From the NCBI GenBank assembly GCA_965235115.1, contig OZ249440.1, forward strand, positions 34,970,001-35,034,000: DNA of 64,000 nucleotides, written 5' to 3'. A program made the translations under genes and the position numbers. The stretch's first letter is position 1; the number at the start of each line of letters is the position of its first letter. The notes beneath the pieces are model-generated. The model saw only the letters and a list, made by a program, of their open reading frames with translations, ran no database searches and was not told where the DNA came from. Source of the DNA: Laetmonice hystrix. Lineage: Eukaryota. Of the stretch, positions 35,030 through 45,445 are shown one piece after another.

Positions 35030-38000
35030 TGGCAGGCAAATGCTTCCTTCAATGGAATTGTCGAGGTTTTAGAGCCAATTTTAATGAGCTCAGACTTTTA
35101 GCAGAAAACCTCAATCCTCTTGCCTTTTGCCTACAAGAAACATTTCTTACTGCCCGAGACAAGGTCTCATTTAAGGGCTATCACACTTTCTTTGGTTTTG
35201 CACCAGATGGTGACCGTGCTGCTGGCGGCACTGCCATTCTGGTTCGACAAGACCTCATCCATAGCCCTATTACAATAAACACACCATTACAAGCAATAGC
35301 CATACGCCTAACTCTACATAAAGCCATCACTGTCTGCTCCATATACATTCCCCCAAACAGTAACTTGGCCCACCAGGATCTTGATGATTTAGTGGGTCAA
35401 CTGCCAACTCCGTATCTCCTTTTGGGAGATTTTAATGGCCACAATCCCTTATGGGGTGGCACCACAACTGATGGCAAGGGCAAGAGGATTGAAGAGTTCA
35501 TTGATAATCATGCTCTATGCATTTTTAATGATGGTTCAAACACATACCTACATCCTGGTCATGGCACCTATACAGCCATTGACCTTGCAATAGCCAAACC
35601 AGATCTGCTGCTGGATTTCTCCTGGAGGGTCTTGGACGACCTTTGCGGGAGTGACCACTTTCCCACCATCCTTACATATGAAGGACCCAGTATAGGGCAA
35701 AAACAACAAAGGTGGCAACTTAAGAAAGCCGACTGGCACTCCTTCCAGGCCCTCTGTCGGGAGGAATTCAGAGCAGACAACATTAACGATCCTGAAGCAA
35801 TGGATGATTTTACCTCGCTTTTAATCTCCATTGCAGACAGGACGGTTCCTAAAACCTCGACAATTCCTAAACATGTCTCAAATCCATGGTTTAATGATGA
35901 CTGCAAACAGGCAATTAAAGACCGGAAGAAAGCAGAACGCCTTTTTAACAGGCACCCAACTGCAGTGAACCTTACCAACTTTAAAATCATGAGAGCAAGG
36001 GCACGCCGTATCTGTAAAGAGAGACGGAGGCAGAGCTGGAGAGACTACGTCTCCAGCCTGACCTCTCGTACTCCTATCACAAAAATCTGGAACATGATAC
36101 GGAAACTTAAAGGCAAGGGAGGTGGTACTGGAGTTCAACACTTAAAACATCAAAACACCTTATTAACCACCACAGATGCAATAGCAAACAAACTAGCCGA
36201 AACATTTCAAACAAACTCCTCCTCCAGGAACTGCCTCCCTCCATTCCAAGCCATTCGTGCTCAAAAAGAGAAACAAAAACTAAACTTCCATTCTGACAAC
36301 AGAGAAGAGTACAACCAACTCTTCTCTATTGAAGAACTCAAATGCTCTCTTAAAAAATCACACGACACTGCAGTTGGACCTGACAGAATACATTACCAAT
36401 TTTTAAAACATTTACCCGATACCACCCTTCTCATACTTCTTCACATTTTCAACAATATCTGGATAACTGGTAATATACCCCGTTCCTGGCAAGAAGCAAT
36501 AATCATCCCCATCCCAAAACCAGGAAAAGACCATAGTGAAGCTAACAATTACAGACCAATAGCCTTAACAAGTTGCCTGTGCAAAACCATGGAGAGAATG
36601 ATTAGTGATCGCCTCGTCTGGAAGCTGGAGTCTGAGCAGCTCATAACCGAGTTTCAGTGTGGCTTCCGGCGAGGGAGGAGTACTCTTGATCATCTAATCA
36701 GACTCGAGACATACATCCGAGATGCTTTTATCAACCGTGAACATGTTGTTGCCGTATTTTTCGACCTTGAAAAGGCATACGACACAACATGGAAGTACGG
36801 CATTTTAAAAGATTTACATGATATGGGTTTTAGGGGGCGTTTGCCCCTTTTCATATCTCAGTTTTTATCCAACAGACATTTTCAAGTCAGAGTAGGCACG
36901 ACCCTGTCTGACTTGCACGACCAAGAATTAGGTGTGCCTCAGGGAAGCATTTTGTCCGTTACCCTTTTTAGTATTAAGATCAACAGCATTGTTAACTCGG
37001 TTAAAACTGGTATGCCCTGCAGCCTGTTTGTCGATGACTTTGATGTCTGCTGCAGAGGCAAAAACATGAATGCCATTGAGAGGCAGCTCCAACTCTGTCT
37101 CAACAGAATCCACACTTGGTCGGTGGAAAATGGTTTTAAGTTTTCAAAGTCTAAAACGGTCTGCATGCATTTGTGCAAACTGCGTGCTTTCCACCTTGAC
37201 CCTGAGTTGACAATGGATGGAGATCCTATCAAGGTCGTTAAGGAGACAAAGTTTCTGGGACTCACTTTTGACAGCAAGCTGTCTTTTGTCCCTCACATTA
37301 AATCACTGAAATCCAGATGCCTTAAGGCTCTGGATGTTCTCAAGGTTTTATCTGGCACAAACTGGGGGGCAGACAGTACAGTCCTTTTACAACTGTACAG
37401 AGCTTTAATCCGGTCGAAGCTCGATTACGGTAGCATAGTTTATGGTTCTGCTTGTAAGTCTTACATTCGGCTTTTGGACACGGTTCACCACCAGGGTTTG
37501 CGGCTTTCACTTGGGGCTTTTAGAACGTCTCCTGTTCAGAGCCTCTATGTGGAGGCCCGAGAGCCATCGCTTGACAACAGGCGTCTGAAGCTGGCTCTGC
37601 AGTATGCAGTCAAGCTCGGGACAAACAGTTCAAATCCAGCTTACAATTGCGTTTTTCACCCTCAGTTCCAACATTTATATGAAAGAAAGGAAACGTACAT
37701 ACGTCCTTTTGGACTGAGGGTGAAACCTCATCTAGAGGAACTGGATGTTGATCTGCACGTCCTGGGGCAGACACATTTTTGCAACATTCCTCCTTGGGAC
37801 CTGAAAAAGCCTGACGTCATTTTTCAGTTGGCTCAACTGAAGAAGTCAGAGACTCATCCCCTGACATATTTTGAACATTTTCTTGACGTCCAGGCAAGGT
37901 ATCCCTCACATTATGCCTTCTATACAGATGGCTCAAAGGATGGCAGTGATGTGTCTGCGGCTGCAGTTCATGGCAAGCACAACTTCGGCACCCGCATCTC

Positions 38001-38712
38001 GGGGCAAAGTTCCATCTTCTCAGCAGAGGCCCGGGCCCTGCTTCTTGCCCTTGAAAATATTGAAGTTTCTAGTGAAAAGGGTTTTCTCATTTTCTCGGAT
38101 TCCTTATCCTGTCTGCAAGCACTTGCTAACTTGAACACAGATCACCCAGTGATCGTTCAAATCTTGTCCAAGTTGGCAGTGCTTGCCAATGCAAACTTTG
38201 ATATTCACTTTTGCTGGGTGCCTGGTCATGTTGGCATCCCTGGCAATGAGCAAGCTGACAGAACTGCCAAGAGGGCTCTTGAAACAGACGTCGAACTGTG
38301 TCCAATCCCTGCCTCTGATCTCAGACCTACCATCTGGGCTTACGTTAGGAACAAATGGCAGGCTGAATGGGATGAACAACCAAACAATAAATTGTATCAG
38401 ATCAGTCCCATCGTGAACCAAAGGTACCGTCACGGCCTAACCCAACGTAGGCATGAAATTGTTTTTACTCGATGCAGAGTTGGTCATTCTAGATTAACTC
38501 ATGTGTTTTTATTGAAGGGGGAGCCGCCTCCAGAGTGTTATGGCTGTCAGTGTCCTTTGACACTGAAGGATCTTTTACTTGAGTGTGGTGATTTTACTCT
38601 GATCAGACAACGGTTTTATAATGAGACAAGTCTTAAGGACCTTTTTAGCAATGTTAGACCAGGAGTGATTTTAGAGTTTTTGTCAGAGGCCAGACTTCTG
38701 ACTCTTTTATAG
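35029..38712 (+). CDS. LINE ORF2 (APE endonuclease, RT, RNase H, CCHC), 1227 aa
   Basis: QWNCRG, LQET, GDFNGH, SDH (APE); YRPIAL, FFDLEKAYD, PQGS, FVDD (RT); YTDGS, SAEA, SDS, GNEQAD (RNase H). Confidence 0.97.
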   Translation: MAGKCFLQWNCRGFRANFNELRLLAENLNPLAFCLQETFLTARDKVSFKGYHTFFGFAPDGDRAAGGTAILVRQDLIHSPITINTPLQAIAIRLTLHKAITVCSIYIPPNSNLAHQDLDDLVGQLPTPYLLLGDFNGHNPLWGGTTTDGKGKRIEEFIDNHALCIFNDGSNTYLHPGHGTYTAIDLAIAKPDLLLDFSWRVLDDLCGSDHFPTILTYEGPSIGQKQQRWQLKKADWHSFQALCREEFRADNINDPEAMDDFTSLLISIADRTVPKTSTIPKHVSNPWFNDDCKQAIKDRKKAERLFNRHPTAVNLTNFKIMRARARRICKERRRQSWRDYVSSLTSRTPITKIWNMIRKLKGKGGGTGVQHLKHQNTLLTTTDAIANKLAETFQTNSSSRNCLPPFQAIRAQKEKQKLNFHSDNREEYNQLFSIEELKCSLKKSHDTAVGPDRIHYQFLKHLPDTTLLILLHIFNNIWITGNIPRSWQEAIIIPIPKPGKDHSEANNYRPIALTSCLCKTMERMISDRLVWKLESEQLITEFQCGFRRGRSTLDHLIRLETYIRDAFINREHVVAVFFDLEKAYDTTWKYGILKDLHDMGFRGRLPLFISQFLSNRHFQVRVGTTLSDLHDQELGVPQGSILSVTLFSIKINSIVNSVKTGMPCSLFVDDFDVCCRGKNMNAIERQLQLCLNRIHTWSVENGFKFSKSKTVCMHLCKLRAFHLDPELTMDGDPIKVVKETKFLGLTFDSKLSFVPHIKSLKSRCLKALDVLKVLSGTNWGADSTVLLQLYRALIRSKLDYGSIVYGSACKSYIRLLDTVHHQGLRLSLGAFRTSPVQSLYVEAREPSLDNRRLKLALQYAVKLGTNSSNPAYNCVFHPQFQHLYERKETYIRPFGLRVKPHLEELDVDLHVLGQTHFCNIPPWDLKKPDVIFQLAQLKKSETHPLTYFEHFLDVQARYPSHYAFYTDGSKDGSDVSAAAVHGKHNFGTRISGQSSIFSAEARALLLALENIEVSSEKGFLIFSDSLSCLQALANLNTDHPVIVQILSKLAVLANANFDIHFCWVPGHVGIPGNEQADRTAKRALETDVELCPIPASDLRPTIWAYVRNKWQAEWDEQPNNKLYQISPIVNQRYRHGLTQRRHEIVFTRCRVGHSRLTHVFLLKGEPPPECYGCQCPLTLKDLLLECGDFTLIRQRFYNETSLKDLFSNVRPGVILEFLSEARLLTLL

Positions 38713-41398
38713 TTCATGCTCGATGATAGCTAAGGATATTCCCGTTGGGGCCTGGGATAAAATAGGTTCCTTTCATTTCATGGTCTTTTAACCCTGTTTT
38801 CGCCGTGAATATGGCCCCGGATGCCGACACGGCGGAAAATCACCACTACACACACACACACTGCCCTGAAGTTGCATGAAAAGCAGAAAATCAGCATGCC
38901 TGCGTTGGACACGGTCCTTGGGGAGGAGGAGGCTACACCTACTACTGAAATCCAACAAGCTACCCGAGCTTTCTTGCAGCTGTATGGCCAGCCGAAGGCA
39001 TCGTTCATGAACGAGGCGAGATACAACATCTTCAGGATCAGGAAGAAACAACCTCCTCTGAAGAAGTTACCACCTACCAATCTTTCCCTTCATAGGCTTC
39101 GTGCATATATTCTGCAAATCCAGTTGTGGCAAGCTGCTGACAAAGCCACTCCTCCAGCACGCAGCAGCTTCAAATGCTATCAAAAGCCATGGCTGGGACA
39201 TCACGGAGGGAAGAGATGTAGTGCCACACACCTCCGACTCTCCAGTGGCTCCAGAACACTCTTCTGGACATTATCAGCTGCAGCTACCGTGCAGAAGGAA
39301 ATGCTTGCCGTCAAAGCAACTGTAGTTGCAAGTCTGCTGGGCTTTCCTGCACAGGCTATACCGTGTTTGTGAAGCAGGAAACAACTGGCTCAATCTACTG
39401 ACTATTTGTGACACTGAGAAAGAAGACATAGAAGAAAGAGGGATGAGGAGGATGGTGAATGAGTAGTTGTTTGAAGTTAGGCTAAGTGAACATATACGTC
39501 TAAAAACATTGGAATGTCAGTTAATTTTTGCCTCATTCAGGCATAAGATTCCCAGATTATGAAAGGTCCAACATTTGGTGGGTGGGGTCCGAGCGAGCAC
39601 CAAGGGCAAAGGCACGAATCCCTTCCAGGAGGTCCGGGAGCTTCCTAGGCTACTCGGAAAACTGTAAAGATTTTGAAAATAAAGGTGCGATTTGGTGATA
39701 TCTGGCGCATTTTAGAGCAATAAAAAAGCAGTTTTTGGTATTTCCTCTTCAACAGTGGTTTGGTGGCAAAAGACCATATCTTTGCACTCAGGCAAATTTC
39801 TAAGGGGACTGGAGTGACACGCAAACCTATATTCTTCCACCCTCAGTTCCCACATCCATGACCCGCAGAGCTGGTTCACTTTGAACAGAAGATCCAGGTA
39901 TTTGGATGTTCTATAAGTGAAGAAATAATACTAACCCCCTGGTGCTACAGCCATGAACCAATGGAAGGGTCGGATTGGAGGATTATCATTGCCGCCAGAA
40001 GCCCCCCCCCCCGTAAAAACAAATCCGGACAAATCCTATGCCTAATATATTAATGAGTTACTATCCAAAATTATGCTAATTTCGCTTGTAATGAATTTGT
40101 ACATGAGCGCGAAGCCATGTTCAACAAATTCATTAAGGCCGGAATCGCAATTTTAAACACCCTGATAAAAGCTCCAAGTGCATTTACATATTTGTCTTAT
40201 CAATTTTATGTTAATTATGCTAATTAAGCATGCAAACAATATACAAATGAGTCTGAAGATAGGTTTAATCAAATCCTTGGGGTCGAAAACATAGATTTAG
40301 ACACAAAAATTGTGATTCTATGTTGATTTATGGGGAATCTATGATATATTCCTTTTTGGGCAACCAGTAGGCCTCTGCTAATTAGGCTAATTACACTAGT
40401 ACTATGCAAAATTATGCAAATTCCCTTGTAATCACTTTGTACATGAGCTTGAAACCATGTTCAACATTTTCATTTAGGCCGGAAATGCAGTTTTAAGGAC
40501 CCTGATAAAAGCTCCAAGTGCATTTACATAGACTTTATCAATTTTATGTTAATTATGCTAATTAAGCATGCTAACAATATGCAAATGAGTCTGAAGACAC
40601 GTTTAATCAAATCCTTGGGGTCGAAAACGTAGATTTTGACACCAAAATTGTGATTCTAAGTTGATTTACAGGGAATCTATGATATGTTCATTTTTCGGGC
40701 GATCACTAGGTTGATGCTAATTAGGCTAATTGCAGTAATATTATCCGAAATTATGCTAATTTCGCTTATGATAACTTTGTACATGAGCTTGAAACAATGT
40801 TCAACAATTTCATTTAGGCTGGAAACACAGTTTTAAGAACCCAGATATAACTTCCATGTGCATTTACATAGACTTTATCATTTGTTTTATCAATTTTATA
40901 TTAATTATGATAATTAGGCTTTTAAATAATTAGCAAATGGGTCTAGAAATATGTTTAATGAATTCCTTGCTACCGAAAACATAGATTTAGACACCAGAAA
41001 TGTGACTCAGAGTCCATTTATAGGGAATCTATGATAGATTCCTTTTTCGGGCTAATTAAGCTAATTACACTAATTGCCCAACATATACAAATTAGCATGC
41101 GGCGGTTTTTGAGTCCCCACACATCATAGATCACATTTCCATCAAAATACCTTAGGGTACTCAACATTTCTGGGTTCACTATTGGCCATATAGGGCTGGC
41201 TACTAGACTAATACATTATAGCTGAACCCTCTATGTCTCATAATGTATATAGGCCTAATGAATATACAACCATTCGGAGACCTACCTTAGACAATAATAT
41301 CATTTATGAATTGTTATCCCATTTCCCTTACGGGACTCGGGGAGAATACTCCTTCCAATGAGTTCCCATACACTGGGGTTTAGCCCAATTTGGTTTAA

Positions 41399-42595
41399 AG
41401 TAATGGCCTATTCTCGAATTTTTCCAGTATCACACTGGTTCTGCCTTATCCTAACTGAGGAGAAACATGTAATCTTACCAGATTTGCCCCAAAAGCGATC
41501 TATTTACTCGTAATTATTGTGAAATTTGATGAGCAAACCTGCACACCTCGATCGGTTCTGAAAAACACGGCACGCGTTTCTCAGTATGATGTTTACAATC
41601 ATCCACTCACAGAAACGTGACGTCGTACACACTTTTACTTCGAGCCAAGCACTGTCCCCCAAGATGCATTGCGCTAGACGAAAGCGAGGCTCGCACCTAC
41701 CAGCATGTCGTTGGGCTTTCCCAACGACATGCCGATGGCATGGCTGGCTACTACAACTGAATCAGTGCAGAATCATAAGAAGTATGCTCAGAATCAGGAT
41801 AGATCAAAACGCAGCGTCTATTATCAGGGCTGCTTTTAATCGCTGGGTGAATTTACGGGAAGTTATTGGCTTTCGAGCAGCTTACAATGCCGGTGTTGCT
41901 TCGGTGCTAGGGTACCACACAGCCAACGTAGTGGCCCCCGCCCCCGGCCCTGATGGTGGCGTGTTCTCGGTATGTCCAAACCGTCATACCTTCCCGCAGA
42001 ACACATTTCATCGGCCTTCGACCAGCTTAAGGCACCGACTCAAAGTACCACCATTCTTTTTATGGAATAAATTTCCAACCAGTGCGGCAGATGGTAAACC
42101 TACGACTGGTCTATTTACGGCCGTGCACGGTGAGTACGCCGGGCGGTAGAGCCGGGCGGCCGGCCGGCAGAACGGCAGAACGGGAGATTACAACCGGTGA
42201 ATCCCTCTTGCTGGATTGTCAACAGCAAAACATATCACCCTCGGAGGCCCACTCGTCCCCCCTCCTGTCTACATAATGTGAATACGAGAGATATATTTCG
42301 TTGTATTATAAAATATGAGTTAGGTCTGGGCTACTTTGCTGGGTGATCGAAAAGGCTTGCTGAACGATGAGGACGCCATCTTGTTTGGCTGCGTCATCAG
42401 ACACTGCGTAGAAAGTCACGTGAGGGAATTCCCTTCCAGTTCAAATCCAATGGTGGTGGAATCATTGCACGTTTTTCTTTCGATTGATCGCGATTTTCGG
42501 TTATACTGCAAGTAGCACGCAGGTATTGTCCCTATTGGACATGGCAAATATTTGTACACGTCTTTGGTAACATGCAGGAAGTAATATTAGAAAAT
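41399..42595 (+). mobile_element. Decayed Kolobok-like non-autonomous element (tentative)
   Basis: Starts after TTAA; ends shared with 8986-9266; residual IRAAFNRWVNLRE...NAGVASVL resembles a motif recalled from Kolobok-associated ORFs; matching right TIR not found. Confidence 0.35.
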
Positions 42596-43007
42596 CGTTA
42601 AAATTTTCCTACATTCCACGCTATACTATGACTAAGTTACGCGACCTAGAATTTTCAGTATTTCAAGGGCTCTGACCACACAACTGAATGCAAGTAAAAT
42701 ATGTGGGCTGGTTCCTTAGTAATCTTTTTACCAATATTTTACTGATAACTTTTGACATAAATATACGATTTGGAGGTAGATTTCTTCCAGTTATCCTGGT
42801 CAAATTTGACATAATGCGCTCCCCATATCAATCTTCGTCGTGTAGCCTATGGGTCAACAGCCTTTCAAAATATGTGTAGGCCCTATATATTTTAGGGAAA
42901 TGGGATCAATGATTGCAGGCAATCATGCTAACTAGTTATTATTAAAGTTATTATAATCCACTATATCAACTATTGCAGAACTATCAATTTAGGGGCATAT
43001 TATACAG

Positions 43008-43230
43008 AACTATTCGGGGATGTTCCCGAAAGGTTGACGTTTTTGCATGTACATATAGCCTATATGGAACTATTCGGGGACGTCCCCGAAAGGTTGACGT
43101 TTTGCAAGTACATATATATGATACGGAACTATTCGGGGACGTCCCCGAAAGGTTGACGTTTTGCATGTACATATATATGATACGGAACTATTCGGGGACG
43201 TCCCCAAAAGGTTGACGTTTTGCATGTACA
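43008..43230. repeat. Minisatellite, ~4 x 59 bp with internal palindrome
   Basis: AACTATTCGGGGACGTCCCCGAAAGGTTGACGTTTTGC at 43008, 43068, 43127, 43186. Confidence 0.9.
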
Positions 43231-45445
43231 TTAGGAACTTGACTTTTGGGGGACTTGAAATTTTGGACAAAAAAATATAATTTCCATATTTTTCATATTT
43301 GCAAAACAACTTTTACATTTTCTTCTTCGTGTACTTTTTCAGGTCCAGACACAACATTTTGATATAAGATTTGCCGAGAATTGTGAAAAATTACAAATGT
43401 CCCTGAATGGTTGTTTTATCATGAATGTCCCTCAAACGTCATATTTATCAGTATATATATATATATATATATTTATTCATTGTGTTCTAGAAAAGCAATA
43501 AAATGTCACGGATTGCGGTCTGACATCTGTACCATCATGTATCTCTGTACTACCTACATGAACGGAAACTTTCTTTGTCTTACATTGCTATCAAAATGCA
43601 AATAATGCTATCAAAATGCAAATAATGTAAGAAACTTTGCTATACTTCATAGAATAATATCACTATAAATACCAACAGACATATATGTGTCACTGTGCTG
43701 ATTTGGGGAATTACTGCAGGCACAAGGAACTTTCCAATGACATACTGAAATGACTTTGGAGATTATTTACTGAAGCCGTGCGCCTACTCTGCCCGAGAAT
43801 ATTAATCTCCTTGATAGGAGTAATTATTCATTTAATCTCCTATTAACAACATAGATTTCCGGGAACACTCTGGACACCAGCCATGTCGCCTTGTTACAAC
43901 AGAGTACCGTCGGCCCGGCCCGTCTAAACACCGTCTCTAAGCCGGATCCCCCAAATGAGAGGTCTGCGAGTCACGTGAGCTGTCAATCAAAGTAACGCGG
44001 AGCCGTCCCATCCCAGATAACATGGCTAATGCAGCCATTGAGACGCCCTGTATACATAATGAATAAGTCACGTGTCACGTTTCAGCCAATACCCAACACT
44101 TTCTTCTGTGTGACAACGTAGACTCACCTCGTCGACGGCAAAGCACGTGACCTCAGCAGCAGCGCCAATCACGGAGGCCACAGGGACCGCGAAGCGCCCT
44201 TATTAATGCTACACTTTCATGTCTCCATACCACAATTATAGAGAAATCATAGAGACACGCATCAACGACACCAAGACTGATTATAACCGATTATACCTGA
44301 CCGCGCACAAATATCCCCGGACCTGAAGAACTCATCAACGGACAAACGAACTACAGACCATCCCCCGACCTGAAGAACTGATCCACGGACATTAATTAAG
44401 GAACTCTGAACTATCCCCGGACTTGAATACTGGAACCGCTCATCAACCGACTATCTGGCAACTATCCAAAGGACACGACTCGGACACGGAACAGAAGGCA
44501 TTGACAACTTTGACAACACACGACGACTGGATCGGACTACGAATAGCGCACCGTAAGTAGAATGTCATTATAATGTTCAAACCCTCATATTGTTAATGTT
44601 GCTGTTTTACATGACATGTTAGCCAATCTGGCGGTATAGAGGTATAGCATATAGAGATGGCAGTAACGCTGGAAGAAGTGAAAGTGTGGTGTCCCAGATG
44701 GTTCTTTGTGTTAATTATCCCCCATGCTTGTCTAAAAGTCCACAGGCCAGAAAGGGATTGATATTATATTTAACAGTCTGTATTGAACCATCGGGAATAT
44801 GACGGATGTACTGCATACAATATTTTTGTACATGCAGGCATGTTATCTAAGATCCCTCTAAAGTGTCATGTGTGGCACCTGTGTCGGGTCGGTGAAGGGG
44901 TACCGGGGGGGGGGGGGCGGGCAGGGGTAGTCGGGCTGTGAAGAGGGTAGGGTAGGGAAGGCTACAGCGGAGGGCGGGCTGAGCCAGTGAAGTGGGTTCC
45001 AGCGGTAGGTGTTGACGGGCGGGGCTTGGGGCCCGGGATAGAGTTCATGGAGGCGAGTCGGGTGGAGGGACGGCGGGGAAGCCGCAGAATATCAGGTCCG
45101 ATTCTGAAAGGTGCAGCGCTGTCAATCGTTGGGCCCGCGGGAAAGAAGAGGCTTGAAAAAAGGCCGGTACTGATTTGTAAGTGGTGGTTTACATTAAGTG
45201 GCCTACCAATATTTATCATTTAATGAGCACATCCAAGCAGTTACATCTATGCCTATATGTTCGGAGTGAGTGAGTGAGTAGTGGTGGTTTTCCGCCGTGC
45301 CGGCATCTGGGGCCATCTTCACGGCGAAAACAGGGTTAAAAAGACCATGAAATGAAAGGAACCTATTTTATCCCGGGCCCCAACGGGAATATCATTAAAA
45401 CACACTCCATCCTGTCAGCCCAACCGGGCCATCGACGAGCCTGAA

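Larger units (their letters stand above)
33221..38860 (+). mobile_element. Full-length I-group (Nimb-like) LINE, copy 1
   Basis: 5' UTR, ORF1, ORF2, 3' UTR, (CA)n tail; 13-bp TSD CTGCCCTGAAGTT at 33208-33220 and 38861-38873. Confidence 0.97.
33041..39480 (+). pseudogene. Academ-like transposase C-terminal remnant (right arm), interrupted by the LINE at 33221-38860
   Basis: THDEAGITLICYM at 33041-33220; continues at 38861 with ALKL...EARYNIF...LPPT...WQAA; inverted homologue of 32200-33040. Confidence 0.7.
30698..41210. mobile_element. Academ-like DNA transposon derivative with >1-kb TIRs, carrying a nested LINE
   Basis: TAGTCTAGTAGCCAG...CTGGCTACTAGACTA termini, 3-bp TSD ATA, long inverted arms (30698-~32140; ~40060-41210) built from ~340-350-bp subrepeats. 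Confidence 0.8.

Noticed and set aside
41586..42149. 187-aa ORF as a real gene
   Set aside because: No coherent domain; only a short transposon-like motif within a decayed repeat.
43008..43230. CRISPR-like palindromic repeats
   Set aside because: Intervening sequences are nearly identical, so it is a minisatellite.
43950..44560. Promoter and first exon, or LTR (CACGTG and CCAAT boxes, short repeats, GTAAGT donor)
   Set aside because: No boundaries, TSD or downstream exon could be supported.
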